Under the pieces are notes generated by a model. It saw only the letters and a program-made list of their open reading frames with translations. It made no database searches and was not told the origin of the DNA. Made by a program: the position numbers and the translations under genes. From Candidatus Tayloriibacteriota bacterium (GTDB lineage Bacteria; Patescibacteriota; Minisyncoccia; Phycocordibacterales; SIBU01), in assembly GCA_009695005.1 (NCBI GenBank), contig SIBU01000002.1, positions 7,274 through 71,273 on the forward strand: a DNA stretch of 64,000 nucleotides. Reading direction: 5' to 3'. Shown in pieces: positions 38,012 to 46,754 of this stretch; position 1 is the stretch's first letter, and the number at the start of each line of letters is the position of its first letter.

Positions 38012-39015
38012 TTTTGTTTTAGTTTTCTGTATATACCTCTAGTTACTCTATATAACGGTCCTGTTAAGCGAAATGTTTCAAATGCGACGTGCCGAAAAGA
38101 AAATTTCTTTAGGGCGTAATACCACCGTAAACGCTTGGTTTTTTTAAGATAATCCAGTATTTTTTTTGAGTTTTCGGTTTCGGTGCTGTTTGTCCCAGAT
38201 TTGCTTTTGTAGATGGCCGTAATTATTTCATTGCCATAGATTAACTCGAAGCCGGATTTGGCCAGAAGGGAATTGAGGGTTTTTAAGGTGAAATACCACA
38301 CATGAGCATTTTGAAGGTAACCCATAAGATCTCCTCGGTAGGTGTCGTGAATGCTGTAAATTCCAGGGAGGGCAATGTAGAGTACTCCATTTGGTGACAG
38401 CAGTGTTTTAATTCTTTCAAGTTCTTCTTGAGGTTTAAGCATGTGCTCCAGTGTATGGTTTAGGATAACGATATCCGCTGTGCCGAATTGCTTGAGTGTT
38501 TCCGCACTGCCTTCCACTAAATTCAAATTTCGCGTATTACCAAATTCTATATATGAGCGACCATAATCACATCCGAATACCTCGTTACCGTTTTCTTTGA
38601 AAGCTTCCAGGATACCACCAGCACCACAACCTATCTCAAAAATTCTTTTTCCAGTAAGCTTTCCATTAAAAATTTTTTCAGAAAGAAGGTTTTTTATAAT
38701 TCTTCCGAAAGTTTTTTGGCTCATAAAGAATTCAGACGTTGCTTTGTCAGTACCGGTGTAAAGTGGACGGTATTCCTTGCTGTAGAATTGACCAAGGGTA
38801 TTTTCATCGTAGTACGGATCGGATCGAACTAGACCACAAGATTCACAAAGAACCGTCTTGATTGGAATGTCGTAGCGATCATTTTCGGCAAGAATGATGC
38901 CATTTATCTTTCCACAAATACATGGATTCTCTGTAGTTCGATATTCACCATTTTTCATTTTTCGAACAATGTCGTTGCGTGCAACTATCATTGCCTTGGT
39001 GATTGGTACAGCCAT
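38008..39015 (-). CDS. Class I SAM methyltransferase with N-terminal CxxC..CxxC zinc ribbon
   Basis: CICGK...CESCGLV and IFEIGCGAGGILEAF. Confidence 0.55.
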   Translation of the reverse strand: MAVPITKAMIVARNDIVRKMKNGEYRTTENPCICGKINGIILAENDRYDIPIKTVLCESCGLVRSDPYYDENTLGQFYSKEYRPLYTGTDKATSEFFMSQKTFGRIIKNLLSEKIFNGKLTGKRIFEIGCGAGGILEAFKENGNEVFGCDYGRSYIEFGNTRNLNLVEGSAETLKQFGTADIVILNHTLEHMLKPQEELERIKTLLSPNGVLYIALPGIYSIHDTYRGDLMGYLQNAHVWYFTLKTLNSLLAKSGFELIYGNEIITAIYKSKSGTNSTETENSKKILDYLKKTKRLRWYYALKKFSFRHVAFETFRLTGPLYRVTRGIYRKLKQK

Positions 39016-39016
39016 A

Positions 39017-40096
39017 TTATTTTATATTTTTCAAATTAAGCACTTCGACAATGCGATTACAAAAATATTCCGTTGAGAATTTTTTGCAACGCTCAGTTTG
39101 AAGATACTTTTCTCCAGCAGCAATCATTTCATTGTACTGACTTTCAGTAACTCCTTTTAAATATTTGGCCAGTTGTTCATCGTTTTTAAATTTCCGTCTA
39201 TCAATAAAGGCGTCTTCGTCGACATAATCTAGGATGTTGGAAGCGCCCCAGTATATTGGGACTGCCTTAGCCTGAAGAGCGTCAAATATTTTTTCCGTTA
39301 CGTATCCTTTTGCGCCGGACATATTTTCGTAGGCAAGCGCAAATTTATATTTAGACATGGTGCTTATTTTGTTTTCCGCTGGTCCACGGTAGCAGGCAAA
39401 TTTTGGCACTAACCAGGGGAAGTACTTTTGAAGTCGTGTTCTTGGTGTATGCCAAAGCGCGCCATAAAGGTCAAAATCTTTTGGGTAGTGAGAGCTGAAG
39501 TAGGCGCTGGTTCGGGCTCTGGCTGAATATAATTCGTTAGGTCGTGGGTAGTATCGATTGGCCGACATGTTTATTAAAAGCTTTTTTTCATGAAAGGTTG
39601 GGAGTGTTGTTGGTGTTTGACGAAGCGGAATAGGCAGGAAGAATTTGAAAAATTTAATATTATCAACGAGGTCATCATTCCAGGTGAAAAAGTATTTGAA
39701 CTTTTCGAAAACTTGATCCGTGTAGTTTTCTGGGTTGTTGACCTGTCCTTCCCACAGAAACATCGCCATTTTATCCTTCAAACCTTTTTCAATCGCTTCT
39801 CTATATAGTGCTCTGGTTGGCCAGTTCGAATTGCGGTTTCGAATACGCAAGATTTTTTTGATTAAAGACTTGATTGTGTTTTTAGGGAGAAGTCCATCAA
39901 CACTAGGTGAATCGATAAAAAGAATCCACTCGCAATCCTCAAGCTTATGATTGTCTGCAGTAACCAATTCATAGCCGAGTTCTTCGAGACGGGCTTTAAG
40001 TTTTTGCCAAGGCTCGTTCATGTTGTTTACGTCTATGCCGAAAATAGCGTTATTCGCATAAACTGAATTTGGCACTTGGAGAAGGATTTTTTTCAT
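39017..40096 (-). CDS. GT10 alpha-1,3/4-fucosyltransferase-like glycosyltransferase
   Basis: C-terminal KYKFALAYENMSGAKGYVTEKIFDAL matches the GT10 FxLxFENSxxxxYxTEK motif. Confidence 0.6.
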   Translation of the reverse strand: MKKILLQVPNSVYANNAIFGIDVNNMNEPWQKLKARLEELGYELVTADNHKLEDCEWILFIDSPSVDGLLPKNTIKSLIKKILRIRNRNSNWPTRALYREAIEKGLKDKMAMFLWEGQVNNPENYTDQVFEKFKYFFTWNDDLVDNIKFFKFFLPIPLRQTPTTLPTFHEKKLLINMSANRYYPRPNELYSARARTSAYFSSHYPKDFDLYGALWHTPRTRLQKYFPWLVPKFACYRGPAENKISTMSKYKFALAYENMSGAKGYVTEKIFDALQAKAVPIYWGASNILDYVDEDAFIDRRKFKNDEQLAKYLKGVTESQYNEMIAAGEKYLQTERCKKFSTEYFCNRIVEVLNLKNIK

Positions 40097-40112
40097 TAAA
40101 TTGTGACTACGT

Positions 40113-41057
40113 TTAAAGAGGTTTCCAGATTACAATCGAATAACCTTCAATAAATTGACTGCCAATATAAGTTCTTTTGGTTTCGATTATTTTTATTTTA
40201 CCCATTAGTTCAAGCTCCTTCAGGTAATCGAGAAAGCCGTTTAGATAATTTCTCTTTCTGAAATATTTGATAGACAAGTTATCAATCAGTCTGTTTTCAT
40301 CAAGCATTTCGGCAATCGGTTCGATGTGTATGCAAAGTTCCGGTTTATTTTTTATAAGGTAGGAGACAAAATTTTTATGATTTTTGCCAACCTGTTCAAG
40401 TGCGGCTACTGTGTAGATAGCGGAATTTTCTGCAATTTTAACTTGTTTGTTCGGTTTAAAAAAGTCAAAATTGTATCCCGTGATATTTTGCACTAGGCCA
40501 GAGTCAACCATTTTTTTAAGTATCTTTTGTGAAGATTTCGCCCAATCGAGGCCGAATAGATTTACTGTAGGATTAACTTCTCGTAATTTAAGTAGATTGT
40601 GGCCAGTTCCGCAACCAAACTCATAGATGTTTTCAAACTTTCGGAAATGTTTGTCAAAAACATAGTCCAAAATTACATAAAGCATGTTTCTTTCATAATT
40701 AGGAGAAATGCCTTTGACAAAACTTTGATTCAGTCGATTTATTGCGTATTTGCCGTGGTAGTGGGGGAATACTGCGTCAACGGTATTTTGCTCATCGAGT
40801 TCGGTGAGATTTTGCCCCCAGCCCTTTTCCCACTGTTTCAGTCGGTGAGGACCGGAATATACTAAAAAGGGGTCGAGTAAAGTGTTGATGATTTTAATCA
40901 GAATCTGCTCTTCCTCTTGCTTTTCGAGCGGTGAATAGACCAATTTGTAACCATCAATTTTATTTTTGACGTACTCACTTAGCTTTTCGTTCCAAAGTTT
41001 TTCAAAATCTATGTAGTTTAAAGTGATTTTTTTCATGTTTATCAACGTATTGTACAT
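40113..41057 (-). CDS. Class I SAM methyltransferase
   Basis: IYEFGCGTGHNLLKL (motif I) and LFGLDWAKSS. Confidence 0.5.
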   Translation of the reverse strand: MYNTLINMKKITLNYIDFEKLWNEKLSEYVKNKIDGYKLVYSPLEKQEEEQILIKIINTLLDPFLVYSGPHRLKQWEKGWGQNLTELDEQNTVDAVFPHYHGKYAINRLNQSFVKGISPNYERNMLYVILDYVFDKHFRKFENIYEFGCGTGHNLLKLREVNPTVNLFGLDWAKSSQKILKKMVDSGLVQNITGYNFDFFKPNKQVKIAENSAIYTVAALEQVGKNHKNFVSYLIKNKPELCIHIEPIAEMLDENRLIDNLSIKYFRKRNYLNGFLDYLKELELMGKIKIIETKRTYIGSQFIEGYSIVIWKPL

Positions 41058-41170
41058 GAGGCTATATTGTTTGACAAATTCTTTTTATATGGTAAACTGA
41101 TACCAGAAGAATAGTAATTCCATGATTTGGAAATTAGGGATTACTGTTTGAAATTATCGGGGGTTAATAA

Positions 41171-41854
41171 ATGGAAACTAATACTAATGCTAGGGAAATT
41201 TTTGTTCGTAACAGAGCAAAGTTTGCCGGTCTTTTTGAGAGAATTAAGGCAATCCATCACGAAATTGTTGTCGCTGGTCGCGATGTCAACGGGCACGGAT
41301 TTGACCATGACGTCATGGTTGCACAGTATGCTGCCATGATTTCGGAAAATGAACGTGTTGCTGAGATGGCGTGGGTTGCAGGACTCATGCATAGCCTCGA
41401 CCGACACTTTCCCGATAGCTTTAATGCTAAAATAGAGGAATGTATTGTTTTGGTCGGGCACCTGTTTTCAGTGGCTGAAATCGAAGAGATTCGAGTGGCG
41501 GATAGGGTTCACTCACGTCTGAACGATCCCTTGGACGGACCCGTGACAATCGCGCTCAAGGATGCTGATCGGTTGGCCAATGTCGGTGCGCTCAACATTA
41601 TTCGTGGTGGTCAGCATCGACCTAACATTCCTGCCTGTGTGATGGAGTCACTTGGTGGTCTTAATCCAGCATCAACTTTTAAAAGACCCGCCAGTTGCTA
41701 TGATGCAACTTTTTACAACCTAGAGTGGTGGGATATGTTGCGATCGGAGAAAGCCCGTGATCTTGGGAGAGCCGATTTTGAATATACCAGGGCCTGGCAG
41801 CGGAGCGTCGAAGCAAAGTTTGCTCAAGTTGGCCTTTTCCCTTGGAAAACATAA
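41171..41854 (+). CDS. HD-domain-like phosphohydrolase (putative); GC-rich island
   Basis: HHEIVV...GHGFDHDVMVAQYAAMI...LMHSLDRH is an H..HD..H..D pattern. Preceded by a GGGGG SD-like run. On the opposite strand to its flanking operons. Confidence 0.4.
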   Translation: METNTNAREIFVRNRAKFAGLFERIKAIHHEIVVAGRDVNGHGFDHDVMVAQYAAMISENERVAEMAWVAGLMHSLDRHFPDSFNAKIEECIVLVGHLFSVAEIEEIRVADRVHSRLNDPLDGPVTIALKDADRLANVGALNIIRGGQHRPNIPACVMESLGGLNPASTFKRPASCYDATFYNLEWWDMLRSEKARDLGRADFEYTRAWQRSVEAKFAQVGLFPWKT

Positions 41855-41986
41855 AATTCGAACCACTCTCTTTAAAGCGCAATCTAAGGTTGCGTTTTTT
41901 TATTTGCAAGTTAACCAGACATTGACTTTGTGTATTATTTAGGGTATCTTTCTAAAAGAATTTTGTAGAATATAGAGAAATAATAA

Positions 41987-42958
41987 ATGAAAACAAAAAT
42001 ATTAGGTCGTACGGGTTTGAACGTTCCAATTGTGGGGCTGGGAACAGCCTTTATCGGAATTCCAACTCCTGAGCAGGCGGCAAGGGAATATAAAGGTGCA
42101 AGTCAGATGATTCATGAGCTTGGTGTTAAAACTGTTGTTGCCGCATTAAATGCCGGTTGTACGTTAATTGACACTGCTGTTATATATGGCAGGACACAGA
42201 GTGAAAAAATGATAGGGGAAGCTTTGCAGCTTTGTCCCAAACTTGCCAAGCAATGTATTGTGACAACCAAAGTTGGTAAATGCTTGGATCTTAGCACTTT
42301 CAATTATAATGCTGATTTTATCACTCGGAGTGTTGAGGAAAGTTTAGCGCGTCTCAAGCTTAAACGAATTGAAATCGTATATGTTCACGATGCCATGGGC
42401 GCTTCGATGCAAGATTTGTTTGGCAAGGGGAAAATTGTCGATTCTCTTAGAATTCTTCAGAAACGTGGTCTGGTTCGATTTATCGGTACTGCTTCAAATG
42501 ATCCTGAAGTTAATGCTGACCTTATCGAAACAGGTGAGTTTGATGTTGCTGTTGTTTGTGAAGCGTGGAGCCTACTTAATCAACTTGCGTATAAGCGGAT
42601 ACTACCAGCGGCTGAAAGGCATAATGTAGGTCTTGTTATTGCCGCGCCGCTTGAACGAGGGCTGTTGGCAACGGGTCCCGTGCACAATATGATCTACGAT
42701 GACCGAAATTTTAGCCAAACTTGTCTTGAACATGTGGTGAAGATTAAAAAATTGTGTGAGAAGCACGGAATTTCTATGGCAGCGGCTGCGCTTCAGTGGT
42801 GTACACGACATCCTCAAGTTGCATCAACAATTCCTGGTGCCAGGCTTCCGGAGGAAGCAGTCTCCAATATTAAAGCCGGCGAGATGGAAATTCCAGAGAG
42901 TTTTTGGGATGATTTAAAACCACTTATTCGTAATTTTGAAAAAGGTAATGGGCGATAG
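41987..42958 (+). CDS. Aldo/keto reductase family oxidoreductase
   Basis: KILGRTGLNVPIVGLGTAFIG is an AKR N-terminus. ~320 aa. Confidence 0.65.
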   Translation: MKTKILGRTGLNVPIVGLGTAFIGIPTPEQAAREYKGASQMIHELGVKTVVAALNAGCTLIDTAVIYGRTQSEKMIGEALQLCPKLAKQCIVTTKVGKCLDLSTFNYNADFITRSVEESLARLKLKRIEIVYVHDAMGASMQDLFGKGKIVDSLRILQKRGLVRFIGTASNDPEVNADLIETGEFDVAVVCEAWSLLNQLAYKRILPAAERHNVGLVIAAPLERGLLATGPVHNMIYDDRNFSQTCLEHVVKIKKLCEKHGISMAAAALQWCTRHPQVASTIPGARLPEEAVSNIKAGEMEIPESFWDDLKPLIRNFEKGNGR

Positions 42959-42974
42959 TGGCTAGTATAAGTAA

Positions 42975-43009
42975 AAGATGTGGTATTGAATCCACGTCTT
43001 TTTTATTTT
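42975..43009 (+). terminator. Candidate rho-independent terminator after AKR gene
   Basis: aagatgtgg-tattgaat-ccacgtctt followed by ttttattttc (one mismatch in the stem). Confidence 0.35.
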
Positions 43010-43932
43010 CTTATATTAGGATAATTTTCAATAAACCACCGAACGGTTTTTTTGACACCTTTTTCTATAGACGTAAATTTGAAATCAGGTTTGTATTTCA
43101 AAAATTTTGTGGTGTCGGATGGTTTACGGAATTGACCATCTGGTTTTGAGGAGTCAAGAGTAATTTTACCTTTAAAATTCATTTCCTTGGCAATCATTTT
43201 GACCAAATTTTCGATGCTGACTTCAGCTCCAGAGGATAAAATAATAGGGGAGGGTTCATTGTAATTTTTTAGAGCCCAAATTGCCAGTTTTCCAATATCA
43301 TCTGACAGGACAAATTCGCGGAGTGGTTTGCCACTGCCCCATACATAAAGATCCGTATTGTTCTTTTTGGCTAAGTAGCATTTCTGGATGAGAGATGGAA
43401 CCACATGTCCTTCAGTAGGGCTGAAATTATCATTAGGACCATAGATGTTTGTGGGTATGGCGACGATAAAATTGCAACCCCATTCGTTTCTGTAGGCGTT
43501 ACTTTGTACCTCAAGCATTCTTTTCGCGTAGGCATAGCCAAAATTTGAAGGATGGGGCGGACCATTGTGAAGATTTTTTTCGTTTAAGGGGTATTCGCAT
43601 TTGTCCGGAAAGATGCAAGTGGACATAAAGGAAATTAATTTTTTGACATCGGTAAGTCTGGCTGCTTCCAAAACATTTATATTAATCATAATGTTGTTAC
43701 GGAAGTATTCTCCGGTGTGCATGCTGTTGCCCCCGATACCTCCAACTTGGGCAGCCAGATGAATAACGTGAGTGGGCTTGTGTTTTTTGAAAATTTTAAG
43801 TGTTTGATTGAAATCAGTTAAATCACCGTCTTTGCGCGATAAAAAAATCGCATTAGGAACTTTCAGTCTTTTAAGAGCTGAACCGATTAGTCCACTTCCG
43901 CCCGTTACCAATATTTTTTCTGGATTTTTCAT
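43003..43932 (-). CDS. GDP-4-keto-6-deoxymannose epimerase/reductase paralog (Fcl/ColC-like)
   Basis: KILVTGGSGLIGSAL, HLAAQVGGI, FMSTCIFPDKCEYPLNE, YAYAKRM and IPTNIYGPNDNF all follow the Fcl pattern. It is more divergent than the fcl copy next to gmd. Confidence 0.55.
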   Translation of the reverse strand: MKNPEKILVTGGSGLIGSALKRLKVPNAIFLSRKDGDLTDFNQTLKIFKKHKPTHVIHLAAQVGGIGGNSMHTGEYFRNNIMININVLEAARLTDVKKLISFMSTCIFPDKCEYPLNEKNLHNGPPHPSNFGYAYAKRMLEVQSNAYRNEWGCNFIVAIPTNIYGPNDNFSPTEGHVVPSLIQKCYLAKKNNTDLYVWGSGKPLREFVLSDDIGKLAIWALKNYNEPSPIILSSGAEVSIENLVKMIAKEMNFKGKITLDSSKPDGQFRKPSDTTKFLKYKPDFKFTSIEKGVKKTVRWFIENYPNIRK

Positions 43933-44053
43933 AAAGTTTTATAATTTTATTATCAATGCCTGGGTATCATGGAAAATAAGGAAGAGTGAATTTTTTTGAA
44001 ATTAATTATTATTCTTTCTATCATGTCCACTATGTTTTTAATTGGTTTTATCA

Positions 44054-45073
44054 TTATGTTTTGTAGAGGATTTGTTGCCACCTTATCGTTCTTTCTAAGC
44101 CGTCATTTAAGGGGATATAGTCGGTTTTTTTAAATTCCTTGACGGCTTTTGTCATATCAAGTTGAACATCGGTTGGGGCTTCCTGTAAATGATTTGTCGT
44201 ATTTTTGGGGAAAATTACAGGTGTGTCAAGAGATGTTCCAATCATTTTTGCTAGTTGTGCAATTGTGGTATTTGAAATTCCTCCAACATTATAAACAGAT
44301 TCTTTCCCAAAAAAAAGTATTTGCCATAAAACTTCTACAGCATCACTAACATAACAGTATGTTCTTTTAGAGATACCCTGATCAAGTAATTCAAGTTTTC
44401 CTCCTAGAGCTTTTTCTATGAAAGCATTCAGGACTCGTTTGTCACCTTTTTTTGTGCCTGGACCGTATGCAAGAGAAAGACGGGCAGATTTTGCCTCAAC
44501 TCCTTTTCCTCGATAGGCATTTACAATTGCTTCCCCGCATCTTTTACCCTCTATGTAACAGGCGCGTGGGTGGTTGGTGTTGGTGGTTCCTATTTGCTCT
44601 TCTTTGAATGGTGGAGTTTCTAGACCGCTATAAACTTCGCTGGTGCTAATAAAGAGAAACTTTCCATTCGTTTTAAGTTTTTTTATTAAGTTGATTGTGC
44701 ATGTTGTGTTTAGTTCTATGGTTTTGGTCGGGTCTTCTAGAAATTTTCCAGGTTGGCCATATCCTGCGGCGTGAATGATATAGTCGACTTTTAGAATCGA
44801 GTCCAGCAATTTTTGATTGGTAAGGTCACCTTTGATAAATTTCACATTTTCTCCGAAATGGGATAAATATTTTGGGAAGCCCCCTTGGGTCAGGGCAATT
44901 ACTTGTATTTTGAAACCCTCGTCAGCCAATTCTCTCATTGTTGCTAATAGGTATGTGCCAATAAGTCCAGAGGCACCGGTAATAAGAATGGTTTTTCCAT
45001 TAAGCTCTTTGAAATCAATCTTAGGTAAGATTTCCAAAATATCTTTTTGAATTATAGCTTCAAGTTTATTCAT
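44054..45073 (-). CDS. NAD-dependent epimerase/dehydratase (UXS/ArnA-like YxEGKR motif)
   Basis: ILITGASGLIGTYL, FISTSEVYS and CYIEGKRCGE (compare UXS YDEGKR). Confidence 0.5.
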   Translation of the reverse strand: MNKLEAIIQKDILEILPKIDFKELNGKTILITGASGLIGTYLLATMRELADEGFKIQVIALTQGGFPKYLSHFGENVKFIKGDLTNQKLLDSILKVDYIIHAAGYGQPGKFLEDPTKTIELNTTCTINLIKKLKTNGKFLFISTSEVYSGLETPPFKEEQIGTTNTNHPRACYIEGKRCGEAIVNAYRGKGVEAKSARLSLAYGPGTKKGDKRVLNAFIEKALGGKLELLDQGISKRTYCYVSDAVEVLWQILFFGKESVYNVGGISNTTIAQLAKMIGTSLDTPVIFPKNTTNHLQEAPTDVQLDMTKAVKEFKKTDYIPLNDGLERTIRWQQILYKT

Positions 45074-45954
45074 TAGATTAACTTATGTAGGCGGTTCCGG
45101 ATTGATGAAGCTGTAAGTCCTATTTGCTCGTCATGTTCATCCGATTTGCCGTAATTGGTTAGAAATTTTCTCGGTACACCCACGGTATCGATTGATGCCG
45201 CTTGTGGTTTTAATGAATTGATTATTTCATTTGTTAAACCACCTTCGTAGTATGGTTCACATAGTAGAACTTTTCCTGATGGGCAATTGTTTCTAAGAGT
45301 TTCATGATCAAACGGTTCAAGTGTTGTGTAATAAAGAATAGTTACATCCTCGTTTAAGCAAGCCTCCAAAACAGATTTTAGTATTGGCCCTACTGCGACT
45401 ACTGTGGCTGATTTACCTTTTCTAATTAAGTGCGCTTTTCCAAATTTTACCGGCAGACTTTCGGTATTTTCCTTTTCGGATAATCTGAAATATGTAGGGT
45501 GGCCATTGGCGTACGATTCCTTAAAAAGAATATCAAATTCACCCGCTGTTCCTGGTACAACGATTTCCATACCAGGAATTTGTTTCAAAATACCGATGTC
45601 TCCAGGACAATGATGTGTACAACCAAGTGCCGCGTAATCGTATGAAGCCCCGATGCTGACAAAGTTTCCACCTAACTTTTGATAGCCGAAATCATCTTTA
45701 AGTTGTTCGAGTGAACGCTCGATTAAAAAAGGTGCGATGGTGTGGATTACGGGAATTTTACCGGTTAATGCTAAACCTGCGGCCAGACTGACTGTGGATT
45801 GCTCAAGGATGCCTACGTTGTAAATTCTTTTTGGAAAATTTTCAAAAGCTTTTCTGAAGCCAAAAATTCCAATGTCACAGAGAAGGGTAACCAAGCGCTC
45901 GTCTTTTTCGAGGAGCGATTCGACTGTGACGATTAGTTGTTGGCGCATATTCAT
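45073..45954 (-). CDS. Transketolase, C-terminal (pyrimidine-binding) subunit
   Basis: Matches the Transket_pyr/C-terminal subunit (..GILEQSTVSLAAGLALTGKIPVIHTIAPFL..). ORF ATG at 46011; the internal ATG at 45954 gives an ATGA overlap with the N-terminal subunit gene. Start is uncertain. Confidence 0.65.
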   Translation of the reverse strand: MNMRQQLIVTVESLLEKDERLVTLLCDIGIFGFRKAFENFPKRIYNVGILEQSTVSLAAGLALTGKIPVIHTIAPFLIERSLEQLKDDFGYQKLGGNFVSIGASYDYAALGCTHHCPGDIGILKQIPGMEIVVPGTAGEFDILFKESYANGHPTYFRLSEKENTESLPVKFGKAHLIRKGKSATVVAVGPILKSVLEACLNEDVTILYYTTLEPFDHETLRNNCPSGKVLLCEPYYEGGLTNEIINSLKPQAASIDTVGVPRKFLTNYGKSDEHDEQIGLTASSIRNRLHKLI

Positions 45955-46754
45955 TTGAGTTCTTTTAGGATTATCTCGAGTTCTTCCTTGTTCGGTGATT
46001 TGTGGTGCCATGCAGGATTGTGTTCCATGGTTTTTGAACCGAAGCCTTTAATCGTTTCTGCGATGATCGCGATTGGTTTTTTGTCTGATTGCGATGATAA
46101 GGCCTTTAGAATTTTTTTGTGATTATGTCCATTGATTTTCAAACACTTCCATCCGAAAGCTTCAAATTTTAGACTTAGATCACCAACAGAGAGAGCTCTG
46201 TCGGTGGAATGATTGTAGTCAACTATGCAGATCAGGTTTGTTAGTTTGTGGTGGGTAGCAAGCAAGGCCGATTCCCAGACGGTACCTTCGTTTGCTTCGC
46301 CGTCTCCTATAAGAGTGAAAACTTTTGCTTTAGAGTTTGAAATTTTCAATCCTAGGGCCACACCTATCGCCATCGGAAGTCCGTGTCCCAAAGATCCTGT
46401 TGAGGCTTCTACTCCAGGGATTTTGTTTCTGTCTGGGTGTCCCCCCAAAATACTGTCGAATTTTGCGAATCGCTCTAGTTCGCTTTTTTCAAAAAAACCT
46501 TTTTCCGCAAGAACAGCATAAAGGGCAAGAGAAGCGTGCCCCTTACTTAATATAAATATATCTCTTTGCGGGTCTTTAGGATTAAGAGGGTTAAATCTTA
46601 AAACTAGGTCGTAAAGTACCCACAAAATATCAAGAATTGAAAAGGCACTTGCAACATGCCCTTCGCCGGCATTGTGTGCTGCTAAAACGATTGAACTTTT
46701 TAAGGAGTTAATTTTTTTAATGGGGTAGTTCATTTGTTTGGATTTGCCATTCAT
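45951..46754 (-). CDS. Transketolase, N-terminal (TPP-binding) subunit
   Basis: GHVASAFSILDILWVLY and GSLGHGLPMAIGVAL are TPP-binding motifs. ~267 aa split-subunit size. Confidence 0.65.
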   Translation of the reverse strand: MNGKSKQMNYPIKKINSLKSSIVLAAHNAGEGHVASAFSILDILWVLYDLVLRFNPLNPKDPQRDIFILSKGHASLALYAVLAEKGFFEKSELERFAKFDSILGGHPDRNKIPGVEASTGSLGHGLPMAIGVALGLKISNSKAKVFTLIGDGEANEGTVWESALLATHHKLTNLICIVDYNHSTDRALSVGDLSLKFEAFGWKCLKINGHNHKKILKALSSQSDKKPIAIIAETIKGFGSKTMEHNPAWHHKSPNKEELEIILKELK

